Source: an uncultured Thermoanaerobaculia bacterium
GTDB lineage: Bacteria > Acidobacteriota > Thermoanaerobaculia > Thermoanaerobaculales > Sulfomarinibacteraceae
Direction: 5' to 3'
NCBI GenBank assembly: GCA_964609835.1
Contig: CAZSTH010000007.1
Span: 7,309-71,308, forward strand
Length of the DNA: 64,000 nt
The translations under genes were made by a program, and so were the position numbers. Below the pieces are notes generated by a model that was not told the DNA's origin, made no database searches, and saw nothing but the letters and a program-made list of their open reading frames with translations. This document shows, piece after piece, positions 18,666 through 27,588 of this stretch (positions are counted from its first letter, which is position 1; every line of letters starts with the position of its first letter).

Positions 18666-19643
18666 ATGCATGATGATGCCCCCGCACCGCACGGCCCGGA
18701 GGGCCGGCCCCGGATCCCCCGGCTGAGCCCGGCTGCCGCCGGTCTCGTTGCCCTGCTGCTGGTGGCGGCGCTGCGCTTCATCCCGATCTTCGGTGCTATC
18801 GTCGCCCCGCTCGGCGTGCTGCCAGTGCTGCACTTCCAGGCCGGCGGCGAGCCCGGCTACCGGGCCTGGGGGCCGGTCGTGGCGCTGCTCGGGGTCGCCT
18901 TCCTGGCCGGCCTGGCAGACATCGCGGGCTTCTTGCTCGGGGCCTACGGGCTCGTGATCGTGCTTCCAGCGGTGACGGTCGAGGCCTGGGTCCGGTGGGG
19001 GTGGAGCGAAGGCCGCTGGGTCGCCGTGGCCGGCGTCGCGGCGCTGCTGGCGTCGCTGGCTGTGGTCGCTGCCATCGCCGCTCCCGCGTCGCCGGTGTCC
19101 GCCTCCGAGCGGTGGTGGGACGAGAGCCTGGCGGCCATCAGCGAGCTCTACGCCTCGGCGGGCATGCAGGAGAGCGAGGTCGAGCGCATCCTGGTGTCGA
19201 TCGAACCGGCACGACGGGTGATCGCCCTGCTGCTGCCCGCCGCCCCCGTCGCCTACTTCGTCGTGATCCTGTTCTGGATCAGGCCGCGGCTCGGGCTGCT
19301 CGGCATGCCGGTTGCGACCGGGCCGTTTGAAGCCTACCGCAACGACGAGTGGTTGGCGGCGGCATTCGCGGTCGCCGGCGCCGGTACCCTGCTCGCCGGC
19401 GGGGTGCCGCGGTGGCTCGCGGTCAACCTTCTCGCCCTGACGCTGGTCTTGTATTTTGTCCAGGGCTTGGCTATGATTCGTGCCCATCTCGCGCGCTGGG
19501 TCGGGCGGGGATGGCTGATTCGATGGGGTCTCGCCTTTCTCTGCCTGCAGGGACCGCTGCCGTTGGTGGTGGCGACGCTCGGGATCGCCGACAGCTTTCA
19601 CCCACTGCGACCCCGGGCGGATGACGACGGAGGAACGGAATGA
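18666..19643 (+). CDS. DUF2232/YybS family membrane protein
   Basis: Multi-TM protein with LYFVQGLAMI and LGIADSF motifs, in the conserved position between rpsR and rplI. Start uncertain. Confidence 0.8.
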   Translation: MHDDAPAPHGPEGRPRIPRLSPAAAGLVALLLVAALRFIPIFGAIVAPLGVLPVLHFQAGGEPGYRAWGPVVALLGVAFLAGLADIAGFLLGAYGLVIVLPAVTVEAWVRWGWSEGRWVAVAGVAALLASLAVVAAIAAPASPVSASERWWDESLAAISELYASAGMQESEVERILVSIEPARRVIALLLPAAPVAYFVVILFWIRPRLGLLGMPVATGPFEAYRNDEWLAAAFAVAGAGTLLAGGVPRWLAVNLLALTLVLYFVQGLAMIRAHLARWVGRGWLIRWGLAFLCLQGPLPLVVATLGIADSFHPLRPRADDDGGTE

Positions 19644-20242
19644 AGCTGATTCTCAATGATCACGTGGAAAACCTCGGCGAGCGAGGTGATTCGGTGACGG
19701 TCAGGCCGGGTTACGCCAACAACTTCCTGCTGCCCAAGGGGCTCGCATATCTCGACACTCCGGTCAACCGCCGCCGCTTCGAGCAGGATCAGAAGCGGTG
19801 GGAGGAGATGGACCTCAACCGGCGCGAGGCCGCACAGAAGCTGGCGGACGAGCTCGAGGGCACCCTGCTCGCCTTCGAGCGGCGGGCCGGCGAGAAAGAG
19901 GTGCTCTTCGGATCGGTCAACGTCGCTGACATCCACCGCGAGCTGGTGTCGCGCGGCTTCGACATCGATCGCCGCCGGATCCGGCTCGAAAGTCCGATCA
20001 AGGAGCTGGGCGCATTCGAGGTCACTGTGCACATTTATCTGGATCTCGACGTCACGCTCCCGGTCCGGGTGGTTCGGCCCGGCGAGGACCCGGACGCCAT
20101 CGCTCCGGAGTTCGTGGCCGAGGGTGTCCTGGAGTCGGCGGAGGAAGCGGCCGCGGCCGAGGCCGCCGCCATCGGCGTCGATCCGAAAACCGAGATCGGC
20201 TCTCCACAATCCCTGTCGGACGTGGAAACCGCGCACGAGTGA
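19640..20242 (+). CDS. rplI: 50S ribosomal protein L9 with acidic C-terminal extension
   Basis: VENLGERGDSVTVRPGYANNFLLPKGLA, LFGSV and PIKELG. Confidence 0.96.
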   Translation: MKLILNDHVENLGERGDSVTVRPGYANNFLLPKGLAYLDTPVNRRRFEQDQKRWEEMDLNRREAAQKLADELEGTLLAFERRAGEKEVLFGSVNVADIHRELVSRGFDIDRRRIRLESPIKELGAFEVTVHIYLDLDVTLPVRVVRPGEDPDAIAPEFVAEGVLESAEEAAAAEAAAIGVDPKTEIGSPQSLSDVETAHE

Positions 20243-20246
20243 TGAC

Positions 20247-21479
20247 ATGAGCGGCGACGAGCACGCCGCGCCTCCGCCACCGTCCGACGACGACGGTTTC
20301 GAGCTTTCCCTCTTCCGGCGTGCGGTTCGGCTGTTGACGCCGTGGGGCGTCAAGCATGCCCTGCAGCTCAGGTTCCAAAAGATCGACGACACGATCGGCG
20401 TGCTGGTGGCGCGGGTCGACCGGAGCGAGGCGCGGCTGGACGGGGCGGAGGCCGCGGTGAGATCGGTCCAGCTGGAGCTGGCTGACGTCCGCGATCACAG
20501 GTTGAAGCCGTTCGAAGGGCGACTCGACGCGATCGAGACGACGATCCGTGAGCTGTCGGCCGAGGTTTCGCGCCTGCGCGACGGCATGGTTCCAGCCGCC
20601 GTGACGCGTTGCAATGTCCTCGTCGACCGTCTCGCAGAGGAGCTTGAGGAGACCGCCTCGCTGGTGGAGCGCATGCTGCGCTCCGAGCCGCTGCCGGTGG
20701 CGGACGTCTCGACGATCGACGAGGCCCGCCTGGCGGGGGCGCTCGCCGATGTCCAGCCTCGGCTGCTGGAGGCCTTTCGGGGTTCCGAGAGCGAGATCCG
20801 CCACCGTCTCGACAGCTACCTCGACGACCTGCGGCCGAAGGCCCCGGTGCTCGACCTCGGCTGCGGCCGCGGCGAGCTGCTGCTGCTGCTGCGGGAGGGC
20901 GGGGTCGACGCCACCGGTGTCGAGGGCGATCCCGCGCTCGCCGCCGCGGCGGTGCGGCGCGGGCTGCGCGTCGTCGAGGGCGACGTGTCCGCAGTGCTGC
21001 AAGACCTCGAGTCCGGCGCCTACGGTGCGGTGACCGCGATCCACTTGCTCGAGCACCTGCCGCCATCCGAGATCGCGGCCGTTGTCTCCGAGGTGCGCCG
21101 GGTGCTCAGGCCGGGCGGGCTGTTCGTCGCGGAGTGCCCGAACCCGCACTCCCTGCGCGTCGGCGCGTCCCTGTTCTGGCTGGACCCGACCCATGCGCGC
21201 CCGCTGCTGCCCGAAACCCTCGAGCTGTTCCTGCGCGCGGGAGGTTTCGAGATCGTCCGCAGTGAGGAGCTCCATCCCTTCCCGGACGACCAGCTCTTTT
21301 CGGGGCCCGGGGCCCGGGTCGATGTCGCGTCCGGCGCCGGCCCGGCGGATCTGGCGGCCAGGGTGGACCGCCTCGGCGCCCGGCTCGACGGGATTCTCAA
21401 TCGCCCCCGCGACTTCGCGGTCTGGGCGGTGCGGCCGGCAACCCGACCCGAAAGTGAGGCCGACCATGTGCTGTCTTGA
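20247..21479 (+). CDS. Class I SAM-dependent methyltransferase with N-terminal coiled coil
   Basis: FRGSESEIR, VLDLGCGRGELL, HLLEHL, LRPGG and FWLDPTH motifs. Confidence 0.85.
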   Translation: MSGDEHAAPPPPSDDDGFELSLFRRAVRLLTPWGVKHALQLRFQKIDDTIGVLVARVDRSEARLDGAEAAVRSVQLELADVRDHRLKPFEGRLDAIETTIRELSAEVSRLRDGMVPAAVTRCNVLVDRLAEELEETASLVERMLRSEPLPVADVSTIDEARLAGALADVQPRLLEAFRGSESEIRHRLDSYLDDLRPKAPVLDLGCGRGELLLLLREGGVDATGVEGDPALAAAAVRRGLRVVEGDVSAVLQDLESGAYGAVTAIHLLEHLPPSEIAAVVSEVRRVLRPGGLFVAECPNPHSLRVGASLFWLDPTHARPLLPETLELFLRAGGFEIVRSEELHPFPDDQLFSGPGARVDVASGAGPADLAARVDRLGARLDGILNRPRDFAVWAVRPATRPESEADHVLS

Positions 21480-21530
21480 TTGCGGAGCGCCATTGTGTGA
21501 GGTCCGGGGCGGACCGCCGGAGGGCCGCCC

Positions 21531-22319
21531 ATGACCCCCGGCGTCGCCGGCCGGATCGCGATTGTCGGTGGCTCGTCATCCGGCCTCGGCTTCGCGGTGG
21601 CCGAGGCGCTGGCCCGCGGCGGCGCCAGCGTGATGGTGGTCTCGAGGTCCCGGGAGCGGGTCGATGCCGCGGTTTCCCGCATCCGCAGGAGCGGCGGGGA
21701 GGCGGCGGGATGTGTGGCGGACTTCACCGAGGACGACGCCGTGTCGACCGTGGTGGCGGCGACGCACGAGGCGTTCGGGGCACCGGGGATCGTGGTCGCC
21801 AACGGCGGCGGCCCGCCGGGAATGCCGGCGGTCGAGGCGACCGCAGAGCATCTCGAGGCCGCCTCGAGGTTGTTGTTGCTGCCGGTCCAGCGGCTGGTGG
21901 AAGCGACCGTCGAGGACATGCGCACGGCCGGCTGGGGACGGATCGTGGCGATCACGTCGATCGCCGTTCGCCAGCCGCAGCCGGGGCTGGTGCTGTCCAA
22001 CGCGCTGCGCGCCGCGGTGACGGGCTACCTGAAGAGCATCGCCGACGAGGTGGCCGCCGACGGCGTCACGGTCAACACCGTCTGCCCCGGCTATACCGCC
22101 ACCGACCGCCTCGGCGAGCTCGCGGCGCTGATGGCCGAGCGCGACGGCGTGACCGCGGACGAGGTCTTCGCATCGTGGGCCTTACAGGCGCCGGTCAAGC
22201 GCCTGCTGCAACCCGAGGAGGTGGCGGCCGCGGTCGCTTTCCTGTGCTCGGATGCCGCCTCCGCCGTCACGGGCGTTGCCCTTCCCGTCGACGGAGGTCT
22301 CGGAAGGAGCCTTTTTTGA
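21531..22319 (+). CDS. SDR family oxidoreductase
   Basis: GGSSSGLG, NGGGP, SNALRAAV, NTVCPG and VDGG. Confidence 0.9.
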   Translation: MTPGVAGRIAIVGGSSSGLGFAVAEALARGGASVMVVSRSRERVDAAVSRIRRSGGEAAGCVADFTEDDAVSTVVAATHEAFGAPGIVVANGGGPPGMPAVEATAEHLEAASRLLLLPVQRLVEATVEDMRTAGWGRIVAITSIAVRQPQPGLVLSNALRAAVTGYLKSIADEVAADGVTVNTVCPGYTATDRLGELAALMAERDGVTADEVFASWALQAPVKRLLQPEEVAAAVAFLCSDAASAVTGVALPVDGGLGRSLF

Positions 22320-22325
22320 TTTTCG

Positions 22326-22372
22326 TCCATTTTCGGGCGCCGGGCGGTGGCCGCCTGACGCCCGAAAATGGA
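22326..22372. terminator. Long GC hairpin after the SDR gene (probable terminator)
   Basis: TCCATTTTCGGGCG ... CGCCCGAAAATGGA with an inner stem. Confidence 0.6.
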
Positions 22373-22385
22373 GAGTGGACAAACG

Positions 22386-22403
22386 ATGTGAAAGGGTTCA
22401 CAA
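22386..22403. promoter_or_regulatory. Rex-type (or CRP-type) operator upstream of the OFOR genes
   Basis: ATGTGAA-AGGG-TTCACAA: one mismatch to TTGTGAA-N4-TTCACAA, and an exact TGTGA-N6-TCACA. Confidence 0.65.
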
Positions 22404-22532
22404 TCACTCGGGACGGGCTGCCTGCCCGTCGACGAAGATGAAGGGTAGATCGGAGCGACTCCGACCGCCTTACGCCGTTGGACGACCCCCGAAATCGATC
22501 GTAAGCGAAGTGACCCTCAGGGAGGACAGTAG

Positions 22533-24311
22533 ATGCCGACTCGGGACCTGACATTCGCCATCGTCGGATCCGGTGGTGACGGCGTCATCACCGTCGGTGA
22601 CATGATGGCGCAGGCGGGGGCCTCGAAGGGCCTCCATGTGATGAAGGTGGAGGCCTACGGGCCGCAGATCCGCGGCGGCGAGTCGTCGTGCACGGTCCGC
22701 ATCAGCGCGGACCCGATCTTCGCCCAGGGAGACCTGGTGCAGGTGTTGGTGGTCTTCAACTGGGCGGACTTCGGGCAGTTCCGCGGCGAGATCCTCGCTG
22801 CCGAGGACGCGGTGGTTCTCTACGAGGCGTCGGACGAGACGCCGCGCGAGGAGATCGACCTCGGGCCGGTCGAAGAGGTGCGCTGGGTGCCGGTACCGTT
22901 CATCGAGCTCGCCAAGGAGGCCGCCGGCACCACGCTCGCCAAGAACATCGTCACCCTCGGCATTCTCGGTAAGCTCTTCAATCTGCCCAAGGACGCGCTC
23001 GAGCGGGCCGTCGAGCACAAGTTCTCGGGCAAGAAGGCGGCGGTCCTCGAGGCCAACATCAAGGGCTTCAATGCCGGCGTTGACTACGCCAAGAAGATCG
23101 AGGAGGAAGCTTCGGGCAAACGCCTGCAGTACACCGACGGCGAACCCATGCTGCTGATGTCGGGCAACGAGCTGTCGGCGGTGGCGGCGCTGCACGCCGG
23201 CTGCCGCTTCTTCGCCGGCTACCCGATCACGCCGTCATCGGAGGTGCTGCACCTGCTGTCGGAGCTGATGCCCAAGGTCGGTGGCTCCCTGGTGCAGACC
23301 GAGGATGAGCTGGCCGCCATCGGAGCCGTCATCGGCGGTTCGTTCGCCGGCGTCAAGTCGATGACCGCGACCTCCGGCCCCGGCCTCGCTCTGATGACCG
23401 AGATGCTCGGGCTGGCCTCGATGGCGGAGATCCCGGCAGTCATCATCGACGTCCAGCGCGGCGGCCCCTCGACCGGGCTTCCCACCAAGTCCGAGCAGTC
23501 GGACCTGTGGCAGGCGTTGTGGGGATCGCACGGCGACGCGCCGCGGGTGGTTCTGGCGCCGGCCGACGTGGAGGACTGCTTCCACGCGACGGTGGCTGCC
23601 TTCAACATCGCCGAAGAGGCGCAGATGCCGGTGATCGTGCTCTCCGACCAGTTCATTGCCCAGCGCCGCGAGACCCTTTCAATGCTGACCCTCGACCACG
23701 AGGTGATCGGCCGCCAGGTGCCGTCGGCCGGCGACCTGCGAGAGTACAAGCGCTACCGTGAGACCAAGTCGGGCGTGTCGCCGATGTCATGGCCGGGAAT
23801 GAAGGGCGGCGAGTACCAGACCAACGGCCTCGAGCACACCGAGGACGGCTCGCCGACCTCCATGCACCTGATCCACGAGAAGATGAACGCAAAGCGCTAC
23901 CGCAAGCTTCGCCTGGTGCGCGACAAGTACAGCTTCTATCGCAGGTACGGAGCCGAGCAGGCCGACCTCGGGATCATCTGCTGGGGCTCGGCCAAGGGGC
24001 CCGTGAAGGAGGCGGTGCTGGCGGCCAACGGGCGTGGCGAGCGGGTGGCGGCCTTCGTGCCGCAGCTGCTGTACCCGTTCCCGACCGCCGAGTTCTCGGA
24101 CTTCTTGAAGAGCGTGCGCGAGGTGATCGTGATGGAGCTCAGCTACTCGGCGCAGTTCTACAAGTACCTGCAGACCTTCCTCGAGTTGCCGGAGGGCCAC
24201 ACCTATGTCTACAAGCGCTCCGGCGGCAAGAACCTGACCGTCGGCGAGGTCGAGGACAAGATCACGAAGGTGCTGGAGATGAGCGCGCTCCGGCGGGAGG
24301 TGCTGGTATGA
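22533..24311 (+). CDS. 2-oxoacid:ferredoxin oxidoreductase alpha subunit (gamma-alpha fusion, KorA-type)
   Basis: GSGGDGVI, QIRGGES, YPITPSSE, EDELAA, TSGPGL and QRGGPSTGLPTK. Confidence 0.93.
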   Translation: MPTRDLTFAIVGSGGDGVITVGDMMAQAGASKGLHVMKVEAYGPQIRGGESSCTVRISADPIFAQGDLVQVLVVFNWADFGQFRGEILAAEDAVVLYEASDETPREEIDLGPVEEVRWVPVPFIELAKEAAGTTLAKNIVTLGILGKLFNLPKDALERAVEHKFSGKKAAVLEANIKGFNAGVDYAKKIEEEASGKRLQYTDGEPMLLMSGNELSAVAALHAGCRFFAGYPITPSSEVLHLLSELMPKVGGSLVQTEDELAAIGAVIGGSFAGVKSMTATSGPGLALMTEMLGLASMAEIPAVIIDVQRGGPSTGLPTKSEQSDLWQALWGSHGDAPRVVLAPADVEDCFHATVAAFNIAEEAQMPVIVLSDQFIAQRRETLSMLTLDHEVIGRQVPSAGDLREYKRYRETKSGVSPMSWPGMKGGEYQTNGLEHTEDGSPTSMHLIHEKMNAKRYRKLRLVRDKYSFYRRYGAEQADLGIICWGSAKGPVKEAVLAANGRGERVAAFVPQLLYPFPTAEFSDFLKSVREVIVMELSYSAQFYKYLQTFLELPEGHTYVYKRSGGKNLTVGEVEDKITKVLEMSALRREVLV

Positions 24312-25186
24312 GCCCTGCACAGGTCAAGGTCGAGCTGAAACCCGGCGCGTACAAGAGCGGCTTGAAGCCGGTGTGGTGTCCGGGATGCGGCGATTTCGGC
24401 GTCCTGAATGCTCTCTACCGATCGATGGCCAACCTCCAGATCGAGCCGTGGAACACGGTCATCCTGTCGGGCATCGGCTGCTCGTCACGGCTGCCGGGCT
24501 ACGTCACCACCTACGGCTTCAACGGCGTCCACGGCCGCGCGCTGACCCTCGCCACCGGGGTCAAGATGGCGCGTCCCGAGCTGACGGTGATCGCCGTCGG
24601 CGGCGACGGCGACGGCCTAGCCATTGGCGGCAACCACCTGATCCACACCTGCCGCCGCAACCTCGACGTCACCTACATTCTGATGGACAACGAGATCTAC
24701 GGTCTCACCAAAGGACAGGTGGCTCCGACCACGCCGACCGGCGACAAGACCAAGTCCACCTTCTGGGGCAACCCTGAGCCGGCCGTCGACCCCTGCGAGC
24801 TCGCCATCTCGACCGGTGCGAGCTACGTCGCCCGCGGATTTTCCGGTGACATGAAGGGGCTCACCGAGCTGATCACCGGCGGCCTCGAGCACGACGGCTT
24901 CTCCTTCATCAACGTCATGTCGCCGTGTGTCACGTGGCGGGGCGACGACGAGTTCAAGCGCCTCAAGGCGATGCATCAGACGCTGCCGGAGGACCACGAT
25001 CCGTCGCGGCGCGCCAACGCCATTGCCTACACACGCGAGAAGGACGTCATGACTACCGGTCTGCTCTACCGCGTCGAGACGCCGACTCTCATCGATCGCG
25101 TCGAGGCCATCAAGAAGCAGGCGATGGGCGACGAGCCGCCGGTGTCCACGACGGAGATGCTGAGCACGTTCTATCCCAAGATCTGA
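24308..25186 (+). CDS. 2-oxoacid:ferredoxin oxidoreductase beta subunit (KorB-type)
   Basis: WCPGCGD, SGIGCSSR, TPP motif GGDGDG...DNEIYGLTKGQ, and SPCVTW. Confidence 0.93.
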   Translation: MSPAQVKVELKPGAYKSGLKPVWCPGCGDFGVLNALYRSMANLQIEPWNTVILSGIGCSSRLPGYVTTYGFNGVHGRALTLATGVKMARPELTVIAVGGDGDGLAIGGNHLIHTCRRNLDVTYILMDNEIYGLTKGQVAPTTPTGDKTKSTFWGNPEPAVDPCELAISTGASYVARGFSGDMKGLTELITGGLEHDGFSFINVMSPCVTWRGDDEFKRLKAMHQTLPEDHDPSRRANAIAYTREKDVMTTGLLYRVETPTLIDRVEAIKKQAMGDEPPVSTTEMLSTFYPKI

Positions 25187-25224
25187 GCAATTCGTGGCGG
25201 GCCCCGGGCCCGCCACGAATTGCT
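25186..25224. terminator. Near-perfect 39-bp palindrome directly after the beta-subunit stop
   Basis: AGCAATTCGTGGCGGGCCC-C-GGGCCCGCCACGAATTGCT; no clear U-tract. Confidence 0.6.
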
Positions 25225-25395
25225 ACGCGGCCGTTCCGGCCGCAAGGAGATCGTCGCGGGCATGGGTTTCTCCTGTGCCGGTTCTTTCTCCCGCAGCCCC
25301 GTCCCCGTCCGATTGAGCCATCATTCACGGGCGCCACGAGGGCGGACTTGGGCCGGGGGCAGGTCTCAGTCTCAATTTGAATTACGCGGCTGCAC

Positions 25396-25439
25396 TTGAC
25401 GTCTGTATTTAACGGGTTAAATTATTAACGGCGTCAAAT
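25396..25439 (+). promoter_or_regulatory. AT-rich promoter/operator of the marR-OFOR-hdr/flx operon
   Basis: TTGACG at 25396; palindrome ATTTAAC-GG-GTTAAAT at 25407-25422; a degenerate second copy; CGTCAA at 25432-25437 is the inverse of TTGACG. Confidence 0.65.
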
Positions 25440-25455
25440 ATTCGCCGGGTGGACC

Positions 25456-26091
25456 ATGTCATTGAGCGACGATCCTCACCCTATCCGTGACATCCCCGTC
25501 GACGCGGGAGAGGCCGGCGACCGGTTCTACCGATTTCTTCGGTCCGGGCACGTCTTGAGATCGTTGCTGCGGGAGTTTCTCGAGGAGGACTTCCTCCACC
25601 AAATCTGCCGCCATCGGCTCTCGCGCGCGCAGTTCTGCCTCCTCAAGTTGGTGACTGCCAAGTCGGACCTGCAGGTGGGTCAGCTGGCGCGCTGCCTCGG
25701 GGTGTCGCCGGCGGCCAGCAGCAAGAATCTCGACAAGCTGGAGAGAATGGGGCTCGTGATCCGGGAGACCGCGGGTCACGATCGCCGCGGCATCGTGCTG
25801 CACGCGAGCAGCGAGGGTTGCCGGCTGGTGCTCGAGTACGAGCGATTGAAGAAGGAGCGACTGGCGCCGGTGCTCAACGAGCTCGGCCGTGACAAGACCG
25901 ACCGGCTCTGCGATTTGCTCGAGGAGGTGTGCTGCGCGATTTTGTCGCGCTCCGACAACCCGCGCGAAACCTGTCTCCGCTGCACCGGCTATTACATGCT
26001 GAACTGCACCTTCGAGCGGCACCAGGGCGAGTGCGCGCTGAAGCCGAAGCGGGGCGGTGAGGATACGGGGAGCCTGGAGATTGAAGCGTGA
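25456..26091 (+). CDS. MarR family transcriptional regulator with Cys-rich C-terminus
   Basis: wHTH segment LARCLGVSPAASSKNLDKLERMGLV...DRRG; C-terminal CLRC-x7-C-x8-C. Confidence 0.85.
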   Translation: MSLSDDPHPIRDIPVDAGEAGDRFYRFLRSGHVLRSLLREFLEEDFLHQICRHRLSRAQFCLLKLVTAKSDLQVGQLARCLGVSPAASSKNLDKLERMGLVIRETAGHDRRGIVLHASSEGCRLVLEYERLKKERLAPVLNELGRDKTDRLCDLLEEVCCAILSRSDNPRETCLRCTGYYMLNCTFERHQGECALKPKRGGEDTGSLEIEA

Positions 26092-26143
26092 TGAACGGAT
26101 TTCGAATTTCGATTTTCGAAATCGGTTGGTTCGGGAGGGATTG

Positions 26144-26434
26144 ATGAGGAACTGGAGAACGCCGCTCGACGCCGACACGGTCACAGTGCCGGTGGGCCGG
26201 GTGGTGGTGATCGCCGACCGCTGCAAGGGGTGCGGCTTCTGCGTCGAGTACTGCCCGAAGGACGTGCTGGTGCTGTCCGAGGGCTTCAACCGCAAGGGTT
26301 ACCACCCCCCCGAGGTGGTCAAGGACGGCGTCTGCGTCAACTGCAATCTGTGCGAGATGATCTGCCCCGACTTCGCCATCTTCTGCGTTCCCGCAGACGG
26401 GGACGAACCGGCGGCAGAGGGAGGTCCCAATTGA
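26144..26434 (+). CDS. 2x[4Fe-4S] ferredoxin (OFOR delta subunit)
   Basis: CKGCGFCVEYCP and CVNCNLCEMICPDFAI. Confidence 0.92.
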   Translation: MRNWRTPLDADTVTVPVGRVVVIADRCKGCGFCVEYCPKDVLVLSEGFNRKGYHPPEVVKDGVCVNCNLCEMICPDFAIFCVPADGDEPAAEGGPN

Positions 26435-27588
26435 AGACCGATCCTGCTGGCGTGCTGACCGGGGTGCACTACCTCGACGGTGACTTCGCGTGCGGCGAGG
26501 GCGCGATGGCGGCGGGCTGCCGCTTCGTCGCCGGCTATCCCATCACCCCGTCGACCGAGGTGGTGGAACGGATCTCGCGCAGGTTTCCGACCATGGGCGG
26601 CACCTTCATCCAGATGGAGGACGAGCTGGCGTCGATGGCCGCTGTCGCCGGTGCGGCCTGGACCGGAACCAAGTCGATGACCGTCACCTCGGGCCCGGGC
26701 TTTTCGCTGATGATGGAGAACATCGGGCTCGCGGCCATGATGGAGACGCCGTGCGTGGTCGTGAACGTCCAGCGTGGCGGCCCCTCGACCGGCCTTCCCA
26801 CGATGGTCGGCCAGGCCGATATGATGCAGGCGCGGTGGGGCTCGCACGGCGACTACGAGCTGATCGCGCTGAGCCCGCAGTCGCCCCAGGAGGCTTTCGA
26901 CCTCACCATCGACGCCTTCAATCTCGCCGAGACCTGGCGGGTGCCGGTGATGTTCATGATGGACGAGTGCGTCGGCCACATGACCGAGAAGGTGGTGATC
27001 CCGCCGGCGGATGCGATCGACATCGTGCCCCGGGTGCTGACGGAGAAAAAGCCCGGCGAGTACTGGCCCTACGAGGTCAACGGGCGGCCTGTGCCGGAGA
27101 TGGTTCGGGCCGGAGACGGCTACCGCTTCCACTCCACCGGCCTCACCCACGACGAGAAGGGCTACCCGGTGATGTCGGCCGTGTGCCAGGAGCGCAACGT
27201 CCACCGGCTGATCGACAAGATCCGAGAAAACGCCGACCAGATCGTGCGCTATGAGGAGGAGCAGATCGAAGGCGCCGACGTCGTGGTGGTGGCTTACGGC
27301 ATCACCGCGCGGGTGACCCGGGCCGCGATCGACATGGCGCGTACCGAAGGCCTCAAGGTCGGTTTCATGCGGCTGGTGGTGGTGTGGCCGTTTCCCGAAA
27401 AGCGGATCCGCGAACTCGCCGGCCAGGTCAAGGCCTTCGTCATGCCCGAGATCAACTACGGACAGATGGTGCTGGAGGTCGAGCGCTGCGCCGGCGGGCG
27501 CGCCGAGACGGTGCTCGTACCGCACGGCGGGGGCGGCGTCCACGACCCCGCGGACATCTGCCAGGCCATCGTGGAGGCAGCGAAATGA
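26431..27588 (+). CDS. 2-oxoacid:ferredoxin oxidoreductase alpha subunit (four-subunit type)
   Basis: TTG start overlapping the upstream stop; GYPITPSTE, QMEDELAS and QRGGPSTGLPT. Confidence 0.92.
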   Translation: MKTDPAGVLTGVHYLDGDFACGEGAMAAGCRFVAGYPITPSTEVVERISRRFPTMGGTFIQMEDELASMAAVAGAAWTGTKSMTVTSGPGFSLMMENIGLAAMMETPCVVVNVQRGGPSTGLPTMVGQADMMQARWGSHGDYELIALSPQSPQEAFDLTIDAFNLAETWRVPVMFMMDECVGHMTEKVVIPPADAIDIVPRVLTEKKPGEYWPYEVNGRPVPEMVRAGDGYRFHSTGLTHDEKGYPVMSAVCQERNVHRLIDKIRENADQIVRYEEEQIEGADVVVVAYGITARVTRAAIDMARTEGLKVGFMRLVVVWPFPEKRIRELAGQVKAFVMPEINYGQMVLEVERCAGGRAETVLVPHGGGGVHDPADICQAIVEAAK

